DNA of 64,000 nt, taken from NCBI GenBank assembly GCA_040437565.1, contig JBDOQK010000048.1, positions 1 to 64,000 on the forward strand. The letters run 5' to 3'. The stretch comes from Albugo candida. Taxonomy: Eukaryota. The position numbers and the translations under genes were made by a program. Under the pieces are notes generated by a model that was not told the DNA's origin, made no database searches, and worked only from the letters and a program-made list of their open reading frames with translations. Positions 24,458 to 35,501 of the stretch are shown here, in pieces. The number at the start of each line of letters is the position of its first letter. The stretch's first letter is position 1.

Positions 24458-25850
24458 CTAGAAATATGCACTTCGCAGCAGGCTTTTTTTTTCATTCTTC
24501 AAGTACATAATCCAATTTGGGTGATTTCTTTGAAGATGGTCGAGTAAGCGAGACCCGAGTCGTTCTAAGTACCGGTGGTAGGCCTTGACGTTATTATAAA
24601 GATTCAAGATACATAACCTCAAGGATTCTAGAAATTTTCTTGAGATCTTATATTGCTTGGTTGAAACAATCCGAATGCTCCAGAACAAGTTGACAATTCA
24701 ATTCACAACGCTCGATTACCAAAATGGGTCTTTCACTTCGGCTGGCAAGAAGCTTGAGACGGGACACGCAGGGACTACAACGCAAAATGTAGCATCTTTT
24801 TTGAAAGCTGATAGTAGTGCACCAATCCCGAAACATTGCTTGTGATATCCGAAGTAGGGGTTGAAAGCCACTAACCGGTGGTGGTACATATAGTACCGTA
24901 ATGCTCGCGGCGGGCTGAATGTATCGTACTACTTACGGATCGTACCCGATACGGCGGAGATAAGATTCTGAAAAAGTACCTCTATCTCCCAACTTTATAA
25001 ATTGATGAAGAGTACGAGCCAACACCACCCATAATTNNNNNNNNNNNNNNNNNNNNNNNNNNNNNNNNNNNNNNNNNNNNNNNNNNNNNNNNNNNNNNNN
25101 NNNNNNNNNNNNNNNNNNNNNNNNNNNNNNNNNNNNTACATATAGTACCGTAATGCTCGCGGCGGGCTGAATGTATCGTACTACTTACGGATCGTACCCG
25201 ATACGGCGGAGATAAGATTCTGAAAAAGTACCTCTATCTCCCAACTTTATAAATTGATGAAGAGTACGAGCCAACACCACCCATAATTTGGTGATACATG
25301 CACGCTGTAGCTTAAATGCTCGATGATGCGAATGAGACCCGTGACTGCGTAACATCTGACATATAAATTCGGTAACTGACATCTCAATCAGAGAGTTCAA
25401 GGCTCTAATAGAAAAATCAGATTGCATGATCAACGGCGCGAATCGATGCAGATCGTTATGTAAGCTATCAAATCTTTCTGATGGTAAGAAAAATACTGAT
25501 TAGCGACGCTGGAAGTGATAGATACCAATGCCGGTTGCAAGTGCACTATCAATCACAATTGTTTGATCCCATCTTTGATTATCTGTTGATACTTTACGAT
25601 ATTTGCGTACACTTTTACACCGTAAAGTCGTGTGGAACGCTCTAGTCAACAAGAATAATCATCATATTCGAATGTGTTCGGAGCCGAGTATGCATACTTT
25701 GATATGTTGGGATAGTCTTATCTTCAATATGGCTGCTTGATTGTGGAAGTGGTTGAATTCATCGTCGCTCGTGTATGCTGGCATTCATCACAAATGCAGC
25801 AACTTAACAGGCCAGCAAGGGCAACTGTCATCAGTTTAAAGCCCATTGAC
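24458..25850 (-). CDS. Possible multi-exon hypothetical protein; 5' end uncertain
   Basis: Short minus-strand ORFs (25185-25433, 24648-24836, 24458-24688). The first two join in frame through a GTAAGT...TAG intron (RIGYDP|GFQPLLR). No recognisable motif. Confidence 0.3.
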
Positions 25851-26415
25851 CGCGATATATGATGTATGGCTCCCTGTGTACAAGATTATGCAGGAAGTGT
25901 CCACTTGCAGAGAATAAATGTAGCGATTTCCAGAGTCACCAGGTTTGAGATAGTGCTGAAAGTATGAGGACAAGACGATGAGCATAGAAATCAAATCTAC
26001 CTCGCTTCACGCAAAAAATCNNNNNNNNNNNNNNNNNNNNNNNNNNNNNNNNNNNNNNNNNNNNNNNNNNNNNNNNNNNNNNNNNNNNNNNNNNNNNNNN
26101 NNNNNNNNNNNNNNNNNNNNGCATAGAAATCAAATCTACCTCGCTTCACGCAAAAAATCATGTAGATTAAAGGTCTTATATTTTATACGATGCTAGCCAA
26201 TTTACTTTTGTGTTGAGCATTCATGTTTCGATATCGTTTGATGTCGCAAAAATGATCTCATAGAGGTGTTTTCTGATTATCCAAGATTCAGTTTCGCCCA
26301 AGAGATGAAAATCAAAACCACCATTGTGCGTGCTAAATATATTATCCCAAGCTATGTATCTATGATTGTATACTAGACACATTTGTGAGTTTGCCTCGGT
26401 CAAGCGCTCCATAAA

Positions 26416-27120
26416 ATGACAGCTTTTAGCTCTGCTTTAAGATCACAGCCATTACAGCCACCGTCACCGCCCATTCCTCCAGCACTTGAGGGATATCTGA
26501 AAAAGCTGAAGCGTAAAACTAGTATACTGAGTGGTGGATACAACACGCGCTGGTTTTTTGTCGATACCAAAAGGCTTGAATTTGGCTACTCGAAAACAAA
26601 GGCCACTAACGCATCTCGCAGTATGTCCGAGTTGTGATATTAGCAGATTGACGTGTCACGCTCTCTCACCATAGGCTCCATATATTTGAATGACATTACA
26701 GCAATTGTACAGTTTGATGATCTGAAATTTCAAGTGGAAAGCAAAACTCGGAATTTTTTTCTTTGTGGAGAAAGCAAAGCCTGTACAAGCTGTTGGGTCC
26801 AAAGTCTTGAAGAATATCGGAGAAACTTTATAGATTATATCAAGGCCAGGGCTGTTTGGGAAGCCGGTAACGCCAGTCTCAGGATGGAATCCGATGCTGC
26901 ATGTCAAGCAACGAAAGATGGCATTACGAATCAGGGCATAAAAAACCCCGGTTTCATTGGCACAATCACTTCCCAAGATTGTGATGATCAAACCGAGCAT
27001 AGAATCCCGATAGAAAGCATAAAAGGCGGATCGAAACAATTCGAAACGCAGGACGAAGATCATCCAGGACCGCAGTCTCGCATGGATCAGAGAAAAAGAC
27101 CTATGAATGCATGGGATTAG
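26416..27120 (+). CDS. PH-domain protein (2 exons)
   Basis: LEGYLKKL...YNTRWFFVD...; intron 26621-26674 joins in frame to SIYLNDITAI...FQVESKTRNFFL...WVQSL, completing a PH fold. Confidence 0.85.
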
Positions 27121-27284
27121 CATCTCGGGGCGGAGATAGCATTTTGGCGTACGTTTTGGGCAGGTTAATACGTATGTGAATTAAGGACATAATGCAATAT
27201 TTCATTATCCGAGCAGTACGAGTCCTCTATTGTAGCCACACGTCTAAGTAGGGGAACACGCAAGTATTCTATGGACAAACTTGG

Positions 27285-30200
27285 TCAAGTTTGATAATTC
27301 TTACTATTTCGCCAAGTTCGCTGTATTGCTGATGCTGCACGAGCTGATTCGAGCTGAAAACTATGCTTCTTTTCCAAATATCGACGTGTGAATCGTTGTA
27401 CCTTTTTTATGGCATTGATTTGCAGCCTTCGAGAGTTAAGCAACTTTCTTGACAGCCTTATTCGTACTTGAGATTGCAACTTTGTAACTAGGTGAATGAA
27501 ACTTGGATCCTTAGCTTCTTTTAGTGTCTGCATGACCTCTAGGTACTGAATGATGCTGAGAAATACAATCTCGAGGTTGTAAATAGCATAGAATGGGTTA
27601 TCAAGCACGTCCTCATTTTCGATGAAATTTACTGTTGCAGAAGCCTCGAAGTCCATTGGGGTCAAGAATGCATCAGCATTTTGATGAAATAGAATTCTCG
27701 CGCAAGACCTCTTGTATGCAAACTCGGGTGCCTTGAGATCGAGGGCACGTAACTGATTCAAAGAAGAAGTATTCAGAACCTCCAGAACCACCTGCGTTCC
27801 TTTCAACTCCACAATTTCCTTGAAATCTTCGCTATTGAATTTCGATCGAGAGAGTATCAATGCAATTCGAAGTAAAACAACAACTACCTTCTCCAGTACT
27901 TCGTTGCCATTATTCAGAGACCCTTTACATTTGACATCACCATGAGGCTTCATTACTCTTACGAATGGCAGACGTTTTGCTTGTTCGAACTTCATCATGT
28001 AACTTTTCAGATCAACCTCGATTGCTTCCAGTTGTTCATCCAGCGTCTTCAAACACTCTTCCCATAGTGTATAAAGATAATAGCCACCGAGTTCAACAAA
28101 GGCGAAGTCTGAAGGTGATTCTTTCAAAAGGCATCTTCCACCACCTATCGAGCATTGATTAACGCTTTTGGTATATAGACTCGCATGCTGGGTTGTCCGT
28201 TCCAAGATCGACTCCATTGATTGCGCCATTTTGGCAGATTCGATTTCGACACCGCTGAATATGATATATTCAATCGTGACATCTCGTTTTGTAAGCTCGC
28301 TCTGATGGATGATATGGTCAGATGCATTATAGCCCCGTACGCATGGATATAACTTCAATTTGAGATGTTTTCTTCTCACATTGGCGACATCTGTGAACAG
28401 AGCCCGATTTGACGCCCGTTTTGCCGATGGAAGAACTTTATTGCTACTACCTTTTCTACTTTTCGGTACAGGAACAGCATATCCTTTGGGTTTCTCTGTT
28501 TTATTATCTTTGGATTTCTCTGTTTTATGATGAAGGATGTGGAGTGGATACTGCAAGATCATTTTCAGTTGGGCATACCTATCTGTACTTGATTGCTTTT
28601 TATCGACATGATCGACCCATAAGTCTATCTCATCAACGGGTAGAACATTTTCGGTGAGTCTCTTGGATGCGAATATGTTGTACTTTTTATTTGATGCATA
28701 GAGCTGTTTCAATCTTTTACGAAACTTTGAGTTTGAGATCATTTTTTCGTTACTCATGTTGCTGTAGGGAACTCGAATATTCACAGCATCGCTACCCGTT
28801 TCCAAGTCAATGCAAACAATATTTCCGGAAATTCTCGATATGTCGACTTGATTCTGGCCGTGCTTATACTTGTGATCGGATGACATCCACCTCAGTAGAT
28901 TTATCTCCTGTTCCAAGCGGCAGTAGAGTTCCAGCGAATATGTTTTCAGAACCCACGATGGGTACAGCCGTGCATAAACATAACAAGCAACGGCCCCAAA
29001 TGCCTCGAAATAGGTTCTGTGACGCCAGTTGTGATACTGATCGCTTGTTTGATACACGCAGAGCGCTATCCTAGGCTCAATGGAGACTGTAGAATCCAGC
29101 ATTAATGCCATACATACAAGTGTAAAGTTTCCACGTTTTTCGATACCGTGAACCGGTCGACCATTTTCGGATCTACTGTGATCTAACGTTCGTGGTAAAT
29201 TAGTCATCGGTAGACATAGTTGATTCTCGAAATGAATATTCTGACCGTCTTTAAGATATTCGCTGTCACATCCCTCAAGATAACAAAAGTGCTGGATGAG
29301 TCCTTCCGTTAACCTTGGAATTGGAAAGTGCTGCCAGCAAACTACTCGGTAATTAGACACAAAGTCTTCACCCAGAATCATGATCTGTTGAGATTGCACG
29401 CCCGTCAAATCTCGATTCAAAATACGCATGAGTAGCCCAAAATATTCGCGAAGAGATATCTTCTGCGGCTGATGCGTACATGCCAAAATTTCCTCATAAC
29501 TGCAACGAAGTCGATTAACGCTAATGATTCGGTCCAGTTCGTCAGCGCAGAATTTGAGAAACACTCGAACGCACTTTTCTATACACTTATATGCTTCTTC
29601 ATGTACATTTAATCTTGATGGGGTAACCTCAGAGTTCAGGTGTAGCCTTTCTATGCACATTACTCGAGTACGTCCCACGGGAACGGCAAGCAATGTATCC
29701 GGACTATCAGCGATAAAATCAACGCGTGTCGAGGTCTCTCCCATTAAATTCCCGATACAATCACTCGAAAGTTCTGAAAGGAGCAACTTTCCACTGGTAA
29801 CACAGTTCAATATAATCTCCCCCAGCCGTACTTTTAAGTCAGCTTTCATATCCGGGTCGTATTGATTGGCATGTCTCGAATCCAGTTTCAGCGATTGATG
29901 CTTCATGGTTAATCGCTTGCTTGAAGTTGCAACGATTTGCGCCGTATTTTTTTTCAGATCGCATTCTGCCAAAAAAAGGTGTGCAGGTTCTTCAACACAG
30001 TTCAAAGACAGAGATATAGCTTCAAGTATGTTGTCGATGTGAGATGTATAAAACTGTTTGAGCGCTGGAGAAGCGGCTATACTTTCCATTTCGACCTCTA
30101 TTCGCTGCAATAAGGCTCTTACTTTTTGTTGTTCTGTAGCTCTCCGAATTGTATTGTTACATTGCTTTATGAGTAAGTTGGTCCGTCGATAGATTTGGCT

Positions 30201-33200
30201 TATAAAACCCGACTCATCGAGCCAAAAAGAATTCTCTAGTTCGCCCTTTGCATCGGAGCTGGTGCGCTTTTGACGCTTGTCTTGAGCACGTTTAAGAATG
30301 ATCATCGTGGCACATGGATAAAGCTGAGCATTTTTAACCAAATAAGTTCGATGGACGAACAGAATGTTTATGTCCTCTCCTTCGCAAGGGAACGCTATAA
30401 GTGGAACGTGCTCCGGGCTTTTTCTCTGACTTTGAGTTTTTGCTGCACCGATTCGCTTAGCATTAAAATATCGACGTGTTTCTTGGATTATTGCACTATC
30501 ATTAGTCAACATGGAATCGTTCGTGCATACTCCAGCATTCTTGTTTGCCATATAGGCGAGTTCTTCAACACCTGAAGATGTGCTTGTAGCTGCAGTATCA
30601 GAAAGGGTTTCCATTGGCACTCTAACAGCTCTAATTGCTATCAGTGATAATAAATTCTGAGACAAAGTCGAAACAATATGTCGAAACAGCTCATGGCATG
30701 TTTTCATTTTAGCGTTTTTTAAAGTATCCATTGTAACCATCGCTTCTTGCGTGTAAGCATTGCGCAATGTATGAGAAATCAAGTTTGCGATCGCCTCAAG
30801 ACTTTCGGTAACTTCGCGCTCGGGGCAGCAATCATCATTCCCAAACCAATTCCCCGCAGCACCAGCAAATTTATCTACAACCAAGACACCAAACGAAGGT
30901 ATAGACGTGCAAAACAAAACACTCTCATTCTCTTGTGATTGTAGCAGAGAATTGGAACCGATTTCACTTCGTTGTATTCTCTGCCGTGATGTGGGATCAG
31001 CGGTAAGCGAATCAGTGCTTGTTTTCGTGCTCAGAAACGCTTCAAAATAAATGCTGTCCCATGTACTTACAAATTTATTCAACATATTGCTTGATTGTGT
31101 TGAGCTGGTAAAATGAAGCTTCTCGCATAGAGGTTGTACCATACCGATATAAGCATTGATACCACAAATTGCTTCCTCCAGACTTTCGATTGCACACTGT
31201 AAAAATGATAAGAGTGAGGACGAAGTTTGATGTGACCGAGAGGATATATACGTTGGCGCCGACGAAACCTGATTATATATACAATCAGTTGGTACCTTAA
31301 GCACAGCTTCGCTCGACGTCCGGATTTGAGCAAGCGATTTGCGCAAGGAGTCTTTGCGCCAGGATAACGTCACCACACGTATAGAATGGATCGCTTCTTT
31401 CAATATGTTCGCCATACTGATGAGAGTGTCAATGATCCCCGGTTCTGGAGACATCTTATCGGCCGACAATATGGCATGATCCGTGACATTATCTACAGAA
31501 AGGGTGCCATATCTGCCAATCGGGACGATTACATATGGCCACATGTTCGTATCATCCGCGTCAAAAATATGCACTCTACCTCCAAACTTTCTGAACATCA
31601 AAAGATCGGAAGCAATATCCTCTCTTTTAACAATGAGGACGTTGCTGCTTGATAAGGCATAGAAGCTTATACCGTTCTCGTGGTTGAGGTATCTCCCTCT
31701 CATAGAGCTTGTTTTGGATGCACATGAATAATAAAGGCGTTGTTGCCGCGGTTGATACATCCCAATGTACGCATTGGCACCAGGCATGGTGTCTCCAAGC
31801 AAAGAGATTAGTTTTTCTTGTGCTTCTAGAAGAATCTCGCATTTTAGTTCTTCGATTGGTTCGAATCTTGGTGGTGCGTTTGTGCAGATTCTAGCGAGTA
31901 GACTCTTGCAAAATTCAGAAAATTCTTGGACACATTGGACGCGAATACGAGATCTATTTTCACGAACTCGGAAAGTGTAATAACTATTCGATAATATCTT
32001 TCCAATATGATCAAGGAACACTTGCTCTTTGATTCCCATGTGAGTAGCGGTACAAGTGAGGTAAAGCTTCAGTGGCTTTTCTTTGCCCTGTTCTTTTTCA
32101 TTTTTGTGTTCCATCAATCTATTTGTTGCGAACAAAGGTAGTCCCATGTCGGATATAAATGTGCCCAGATAGCGTCTAGTACCAAAAAAAGCTTTTAAAG
32201 CTAGACTTGCTTTATCGTCTTCATCTTTGTACTCCGCTATGAATGGTAAATGGACAGAACGGTAGATAGCAACGGGAGGTGGTGCAAAATAAATGCTTGC
32301 TGTCTCAGGGAACCCTACTCTGATACTTGTTGTTTTAATCGTCGAGCAACTGCTTCCAAATTCATGGAGGCAAACATCCTTTATCGGATAGGTGGCAAAC
32401 GAAAATTGCCTAGCTGCGACTCTGTACTTTGGTACCAGCTCTATGGGTAAATCAAAATTAGTAGCGATACTCCCATCTGACAGATCGTCGGCCCAAAAAC
32501 TCATAGGCTCGACTTTGTGAAAATATGAGTATTCGGGTTCTTGTGAGTTCGATATCAATAAACGCTCCACATTGGAAAACTCATACATCAACGAGGCAAT
32601 ATTGGTGTTAGGAGCGATTGAAAGAAGCTGAACCTTTGGCATCCCAGGAAAATTGTCCCGAATAGCTTCCATGCAATAGTAAAAAATTTGATGCGGGGTG
32701 GCTATCTCTCTAAATAATTTTGATCGGATTTGTTGCAAAATTGTTACACTTCTCGCTGAGTAAAGAGATAACGAAATGATTTCAGCAGCATTTTCAAAAT
32801 ACTCGAAAATTGTTTTGATTGGTTTTGCCAAAAAGCTACTGATTCCGTTCACAATCATGACGCCAACTGCTCTAGCTTGATGATACAATGGAACAACCAT
32901 ACAAGGGCACGAATTGCAGATAAAAGCTTCTTTTTTCATTGTGCTTTTTTCATTTCGACAATCCATTTTGGCAAGCTCATGAATTGTTCTGTCGGGAGTT
33001 TCGATCAGAGTGATCTTGCTTGTCAAAATTAGCTTAAATAAAGCAGGAAGCTCAGAGGCAATATAACTACTTTTCGAATTCGATGCTTCAAGGCAAATCG
33101 AATCAAAAAGCACTTGTACCCTTTCATCTTTTAAAGCAAATACTTGCAGTGAATGACACAAAGATGCGTTTTGTATATCTTGCGATACTGATTTTATTAT

Positions 33201-35177
33201 ATCCAGCGAGATTTGATTGTGTACTTCGAAAGCACTGTGATCCAGACTCTGACGAAGGAACTTAATTCTATCATAGGAGAGCTTCAATTTGCGATGGCAG
33301 CATTCGTAATCGCAAGCCCGTCTCAAGTTTGAAATTGTCGCCGCTTGAAGGCGGTTGAGGAATCGCTCATCGTCAGGTCCAACATGGTACGAACGGTTTA
33401 AGTCGATTTGCGTGTAAAATATCCAATCTGTACTCGCAATGTCTAGAATCAAAACCATAGAATTGCTGTCCTCCATATTGATCACTATGTTACTTTCTGC
33501 TTTCTCCATTATTTCATACCCGTTCAAAGACGTTCTTACTTTTCTTGTGAATTTTTTCAACTCGAGATCGCCTGGGTGCATCGGACGTAAAGATAAGGAA
33601 TGAAGTATACGTTCCCACGATAATATTTCAATCGTTCCGTCCTTCCACTTCACCGTATATAGTGCTTTCCAGCCTGAGTGTAGGTTTTCTTGCGTGTCAC
33701 TGAGGATTTTGGTACGGCAAAGGTCACTGTATCCGGGACTTGTGCATCTCTCCAAGCTGATCACGTGCCCTTGTATCAGTGGTTGCAAATCAATCCGTGC
33801 TTCATCTTGTCTAACATGTATCTCGTCCACGGGAATCTGAGAAAATTTATATAATGTCACACGTTTCATCTCATGCACGTCGCAATGGACAAACGGTAAT
33901 AAACGATCACTCTGGATTCGCAAAGTTGACAAGAGATGTATTTTTGCATCCTCGCTTTTGCAAATACGCCAGATCGAGATATTATCTACTGCCAGAAGCG
34001 CTTTGTAAATGGCCCATAACGTTTTGTGATAAACTTTGTAAATCATGAAATGTCCACATCCAAGGCCACGTGTTCTCATCGTATTGGCGTCGGCGGCATT
34101 TTGACAATTTGATAGAATGAGAAGCCAATGATAACGTCGATAGCGCTTCAAACACGATCCTAACAATGCAGCAACCTCTTGTAGATATTCGAGAACCGCC
34201 TCGCTCTGAAATAACGATGTATACTTTTTCGTGAACTGTATAGTCTGACGAGAGCTGGGAACCAAATTCGCTATTGATAAACCCTTTCTAATAGATGTCA
34301 AAATAAAATGAAGCTTTCTTCTATCTTCAATACTAATTCCCTGAAACTCTAAAAGATGTCTCAATTGAGATCGTGACATTTCAAAGAGTTTTTCTCCCGA
34401 GATTTCGAGTTTACGCAATTCCTTTGCAACCATACCCAAGCCCATGTATTCGCTCAAAAAAGCGTGCAGCTCAGGCGGTGACATTTTTTGCGGGAGGGAC
34501 CTCCTTGCTGCACGACATGTATCCAGACAGATCACACCGCTCACTACGCTTTCTACGTTGCTAGGCATGTCAAGCAAAGGGAAGCAAGCGAATGCTCCTG
34601 TACTATTTTCATTGTCGAATCGATGCAGAGGAATCAGTGAGTTGGCAATGTCGTGTATTATGACAACTTTTCGACCCAAAATGGCCTGGAATGCTGCTGT
34701 TGTCCTATTCTTTTTCTTGTTGTCATTATTTTCGTAAGTCAAAAGTAAGGTCCGATAAAGCATTTTGCTTTCCGACGACGCAGCGACGTACATCACCCGA
34801 GGTGTGGATGTTTCTGTGAGTGCTTCATATTCTCCTATGTATATATCTGTGCTAGGTAGACAACTCTGAATCTCGTTTACAACTTTTGCGTAAATTTGGA
34901 AAAGCGTCGGTATCTGTCTACTTTCATCTTGTACTGCCGGTTGACAGCATGCAAATTGAGTTGTTACCTCCTCTTCGATGTCTTGGAAGTATTTTCGTAA
35001 GGACTTCAAGCTACATTTAAAGGCATTATCCTTCTCTATTTCATATTCCAGCTTTTCAGAATAAAGCTTCGATGTGAGTGTTGCTCTCGTTGTGCGTTTC
35101 TCTGCTTGCTTTGCTGTCCTGTCGGGTGACTGGTGCAATGGATGATCGGCAATCTGTGTGCTTCTTCCTCTCTTCAT
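27285..35177 (-). CDS. Large protein (~2600 aa) with SAM-like domain, repeated GAF-like modules and C-terminal IQ motifs
   Basis: 7.9-kb open frame. SAM-like ELHAFLSEYMGLG...ISGEKLFEM...GISIEDRRKL. Repeated AYIGxxQP...LxY/FxxA/SxxxSxM units. IQ-like KLQSQVRIRLSR, KVQRFTRRYL and AIQRTWR. May hide small in-frame introns (e.g. ~31197-31268). Confidence 0.8.
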   Translation of the reverse strand: MKRGRSTQIADHPLHQSPDRTAKQAEKRTTRATLTSKLYSEKLEYEIEKDNAFKCSLKSLRKYFQDIEEEVTTQFACCQPAVQDESRQIPTLFQIYAKVVNEIQSCLPSTDIYIGEYEALTETSTPRVMYVAASSESKMLYRTLLLTYENNDNKKKNRTTAAFQAILGRKVVIIHDIANSLIPLHRFDNENSTGAFACFPLLDMPSNVESVVSGVICLDTCRAARRSLPQKMSPPELHAFLSEYMGLGMVAKELRKLEISGEKLFEMSRSQLRHLLEFQGISIEDRRKLHFILTSIRKGLSIANLVPSSRQTIQFTKKYTSLFQSEAVLEYLQEVAALLGSCLKRYRRYHWLLILSNCQNAADANTMRTRGLGCGHFMIYKVYHKTLWAIYKALLAVDNISIWRICKSEDAKIHLLSTLRIQSDRLLPFVHCDVHEMKRVTLYKFSQIPVDEIHVRQDEARIDLQPLIQGHVISLERCTSPGYSDLCRTKILSDTQENLHSGWKALYTVKWKDGTIEILSWERILHSLSLRPMHPGDLELKKFTRKVRTSLNGYEIMEKAESNIVINMEDSNSMVLILDIASTDWIFYTQIDLNRSYHVGPDDERFLNRLQAATISNLRRACDYECCHRKLKLSYDRIKFLRQSLDHSAFEVHNQISLDIIKSVSQDIQNASLCHSLQVFALKDERVQVLFDSICLEASNSKSSYIASELPALFKLILTSKITLIETPDRTIHELAKMDCRNEKSTMKKEAFICNSCPCMVVPLYHQARAVGVMIVNGISSFLAKPIKTIFEYFENAAEIISLSLYSARSVTILQQIRSKLFREIATPHQIFYYCMEAIRDNFPGMPKVQLLSIAPNTNIASLMYEFSNVERLLISNSQEPEYSYFHKVEPMSFWADDLSDGSIATNFDLPIELVPKYRVAARQFSFATYPIKDVCLHEFGSSCSTIKTTSIRVGFPETASIYFAPPPVAIYRSVHLPFIAEYKDEDDKASLALKAFFGTRRYLGTFISDMGLPLFATNRLMEHKNEKEQGKEKPLKLYLTCTATHMGIKEQVFLDHIGKILSNSYYTFRVRENRSRIRVQCVQEFSEFCKSLLARICTNAPPRFEPIEELKCEILLEAQEKLISLLGDTMPGANAYIGMYQPRQQRLYYSCASKTSSMRGRYLNHENGISFYALSSSNVLIVKREDIASDLLMFRKFGGRVHIFDADDTNMWPYVIVPIGRYGTLSVDNVTDHAILSADKMSPEPGIIDTLISMANILKEAIHSIRVVTLSWRKDSLRKSLAQIRTSSEAVLKVPTDCIYNQVSSAPTYISSRSHQTSSSLLSFLQCAIESLEEAICGINAYIGMVQPLCEKLHFTSSTQSSNMLNKFVSTWDSIYFEAFLSTKTSTDSLTADPTSRQRIQRSEIGSNSLLQSQENESVLFCTSIPSFGVLVVDKFAGAAGNWFGNDDCCPEREVTESLEAIANLISHTLRNAYTQEAMVTMDTLKNAKMKTCHELFRHIVSTLSQNLLSLIAIRAVRVPMETLSDTAATSTSSGVEELAYMANKNAGVCTNDSMLTNDSAIIQETRRYFNAKRIGAAKTQSQRKSPEHVPLIAFPCEGEDINILFVHRTYLVKNAQLYPCATMIILKRAQDKRQKRTSSDAKGELENSFWLDESGFISQIYRRTNLLIKQCNNTIRRATEQQKVRALLQRIEVEMESIAASPALKQFYTSHIDNILEAISLSLNCVEEPAHLFLAECDLKKNTAQIVATSSKRLTMKHQSLKLDSRHANQYDPDMKADLKVRLGEIILNCVTSGKLLLSELSSDCIGNLMGETSTRVDFIADSPDTLLAVPVGRTRVMCIERLHLNSEVTPSRLNVHEEAYKCIEKCVRVFLKFCADELDRIISVNRLRCSYEEILACTHQPQKISLREYFGLLMRILNRDLTGVQSQQIMILGEDFVSNYRVVCWQHFPIPRLTEGLIQHFCYLEGCDSEYLKDGQNIHFENQLCLPMTNLPRTLDHSRSENGRPVHGIEKRGNFTLVCMALMLDSTVSIEPRIALCVYQTSDQYHNWRHRTYFEAFGAVACYVYARLYPSWVLKTYSLELYCRLEQEINLLRWMSSDHKYKHGQNQVDISRISGNIVCIDLETGSDAVNIRVPYSNMSNEKMISNSKFRKRLKQLYASNKKYNIFASKRLTENVLPVDEIDLWVDHVDKKQSSTDRYAQLKMILQYPLHILHHKTEKSKDNKTEKPKGYAVPVPKSRKGSSNKVLPSAKRASNRALFTDVANVRRKHLKLKLYPCVRGYNASDHIIHQSELTKRDVTIEYIIFSGVEIESAKMAQSMESILERTTQHASLYTKSVNQCSIGGGRCLLKESPSDFAFVELGGYYLYTLWEECLKTLDEQLEAIEVDLKSYMMKFEQAKRLPFVRVMKPHGDVKCKGSLNNGNEVLEKVVVVLLRIALILSRSKFNSEDFKEIVELKGTQVVLEVLNTSSLNQLRALDLKAPEFAYKRSCARILFHQNADAFLTPMDFEASATVNFIENEDVLDNPFYAIYNLEIVFLSIIQYLEVMQTLKEAKDPSFIHLVTKLQSQVRIRLSRKLLNSRRLQINAIKKVQRFTRRYLEKKHSFQLESARAASAIQRTWRNSKNYQT

Positions 35178-35501
35178 TGATTTGAACAGCTTGGATTTAC
35201 TCGATTATGCCCTGTGTATATGCAAATTTTGCATGTTGATGGAAAATGCTCTTGCACGGCAAAAAAAACNNNNNNNNNNNNNNNNNNNNNNNNNNNNNNN
35301 NNNNNNNNNNNNNNNNNNNNNNNNNNNNNNNNNNNNNNNNNNNNNNNNNNNNNNNNNNNNNNNNNNNNNTCTTGCACGGCAAAAAAAACAGTGGTGCAAC
35401 TCTTCAGGGTCTTAATTTTCACGCACTTTTGGGAAAATCAACTGGTCGAATCGATTATCTATAATTTCGTAGAGGCTACTACTTATCACAGTGCTGTAGA
35501 C

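Noticed and set aside
27965-34737. Many short ORFs antisense or out of frame within the large genes (also 49065-63951)
   Set aside because: Shadow ORFs of long coding sequences with no independent motifs.
35214-35501. Longer GFAT N-terminus given by the ORF track
   Set aside because: Starts at a non-ATG codon and reads through Ns. The first real in-frame ATG is 35502.
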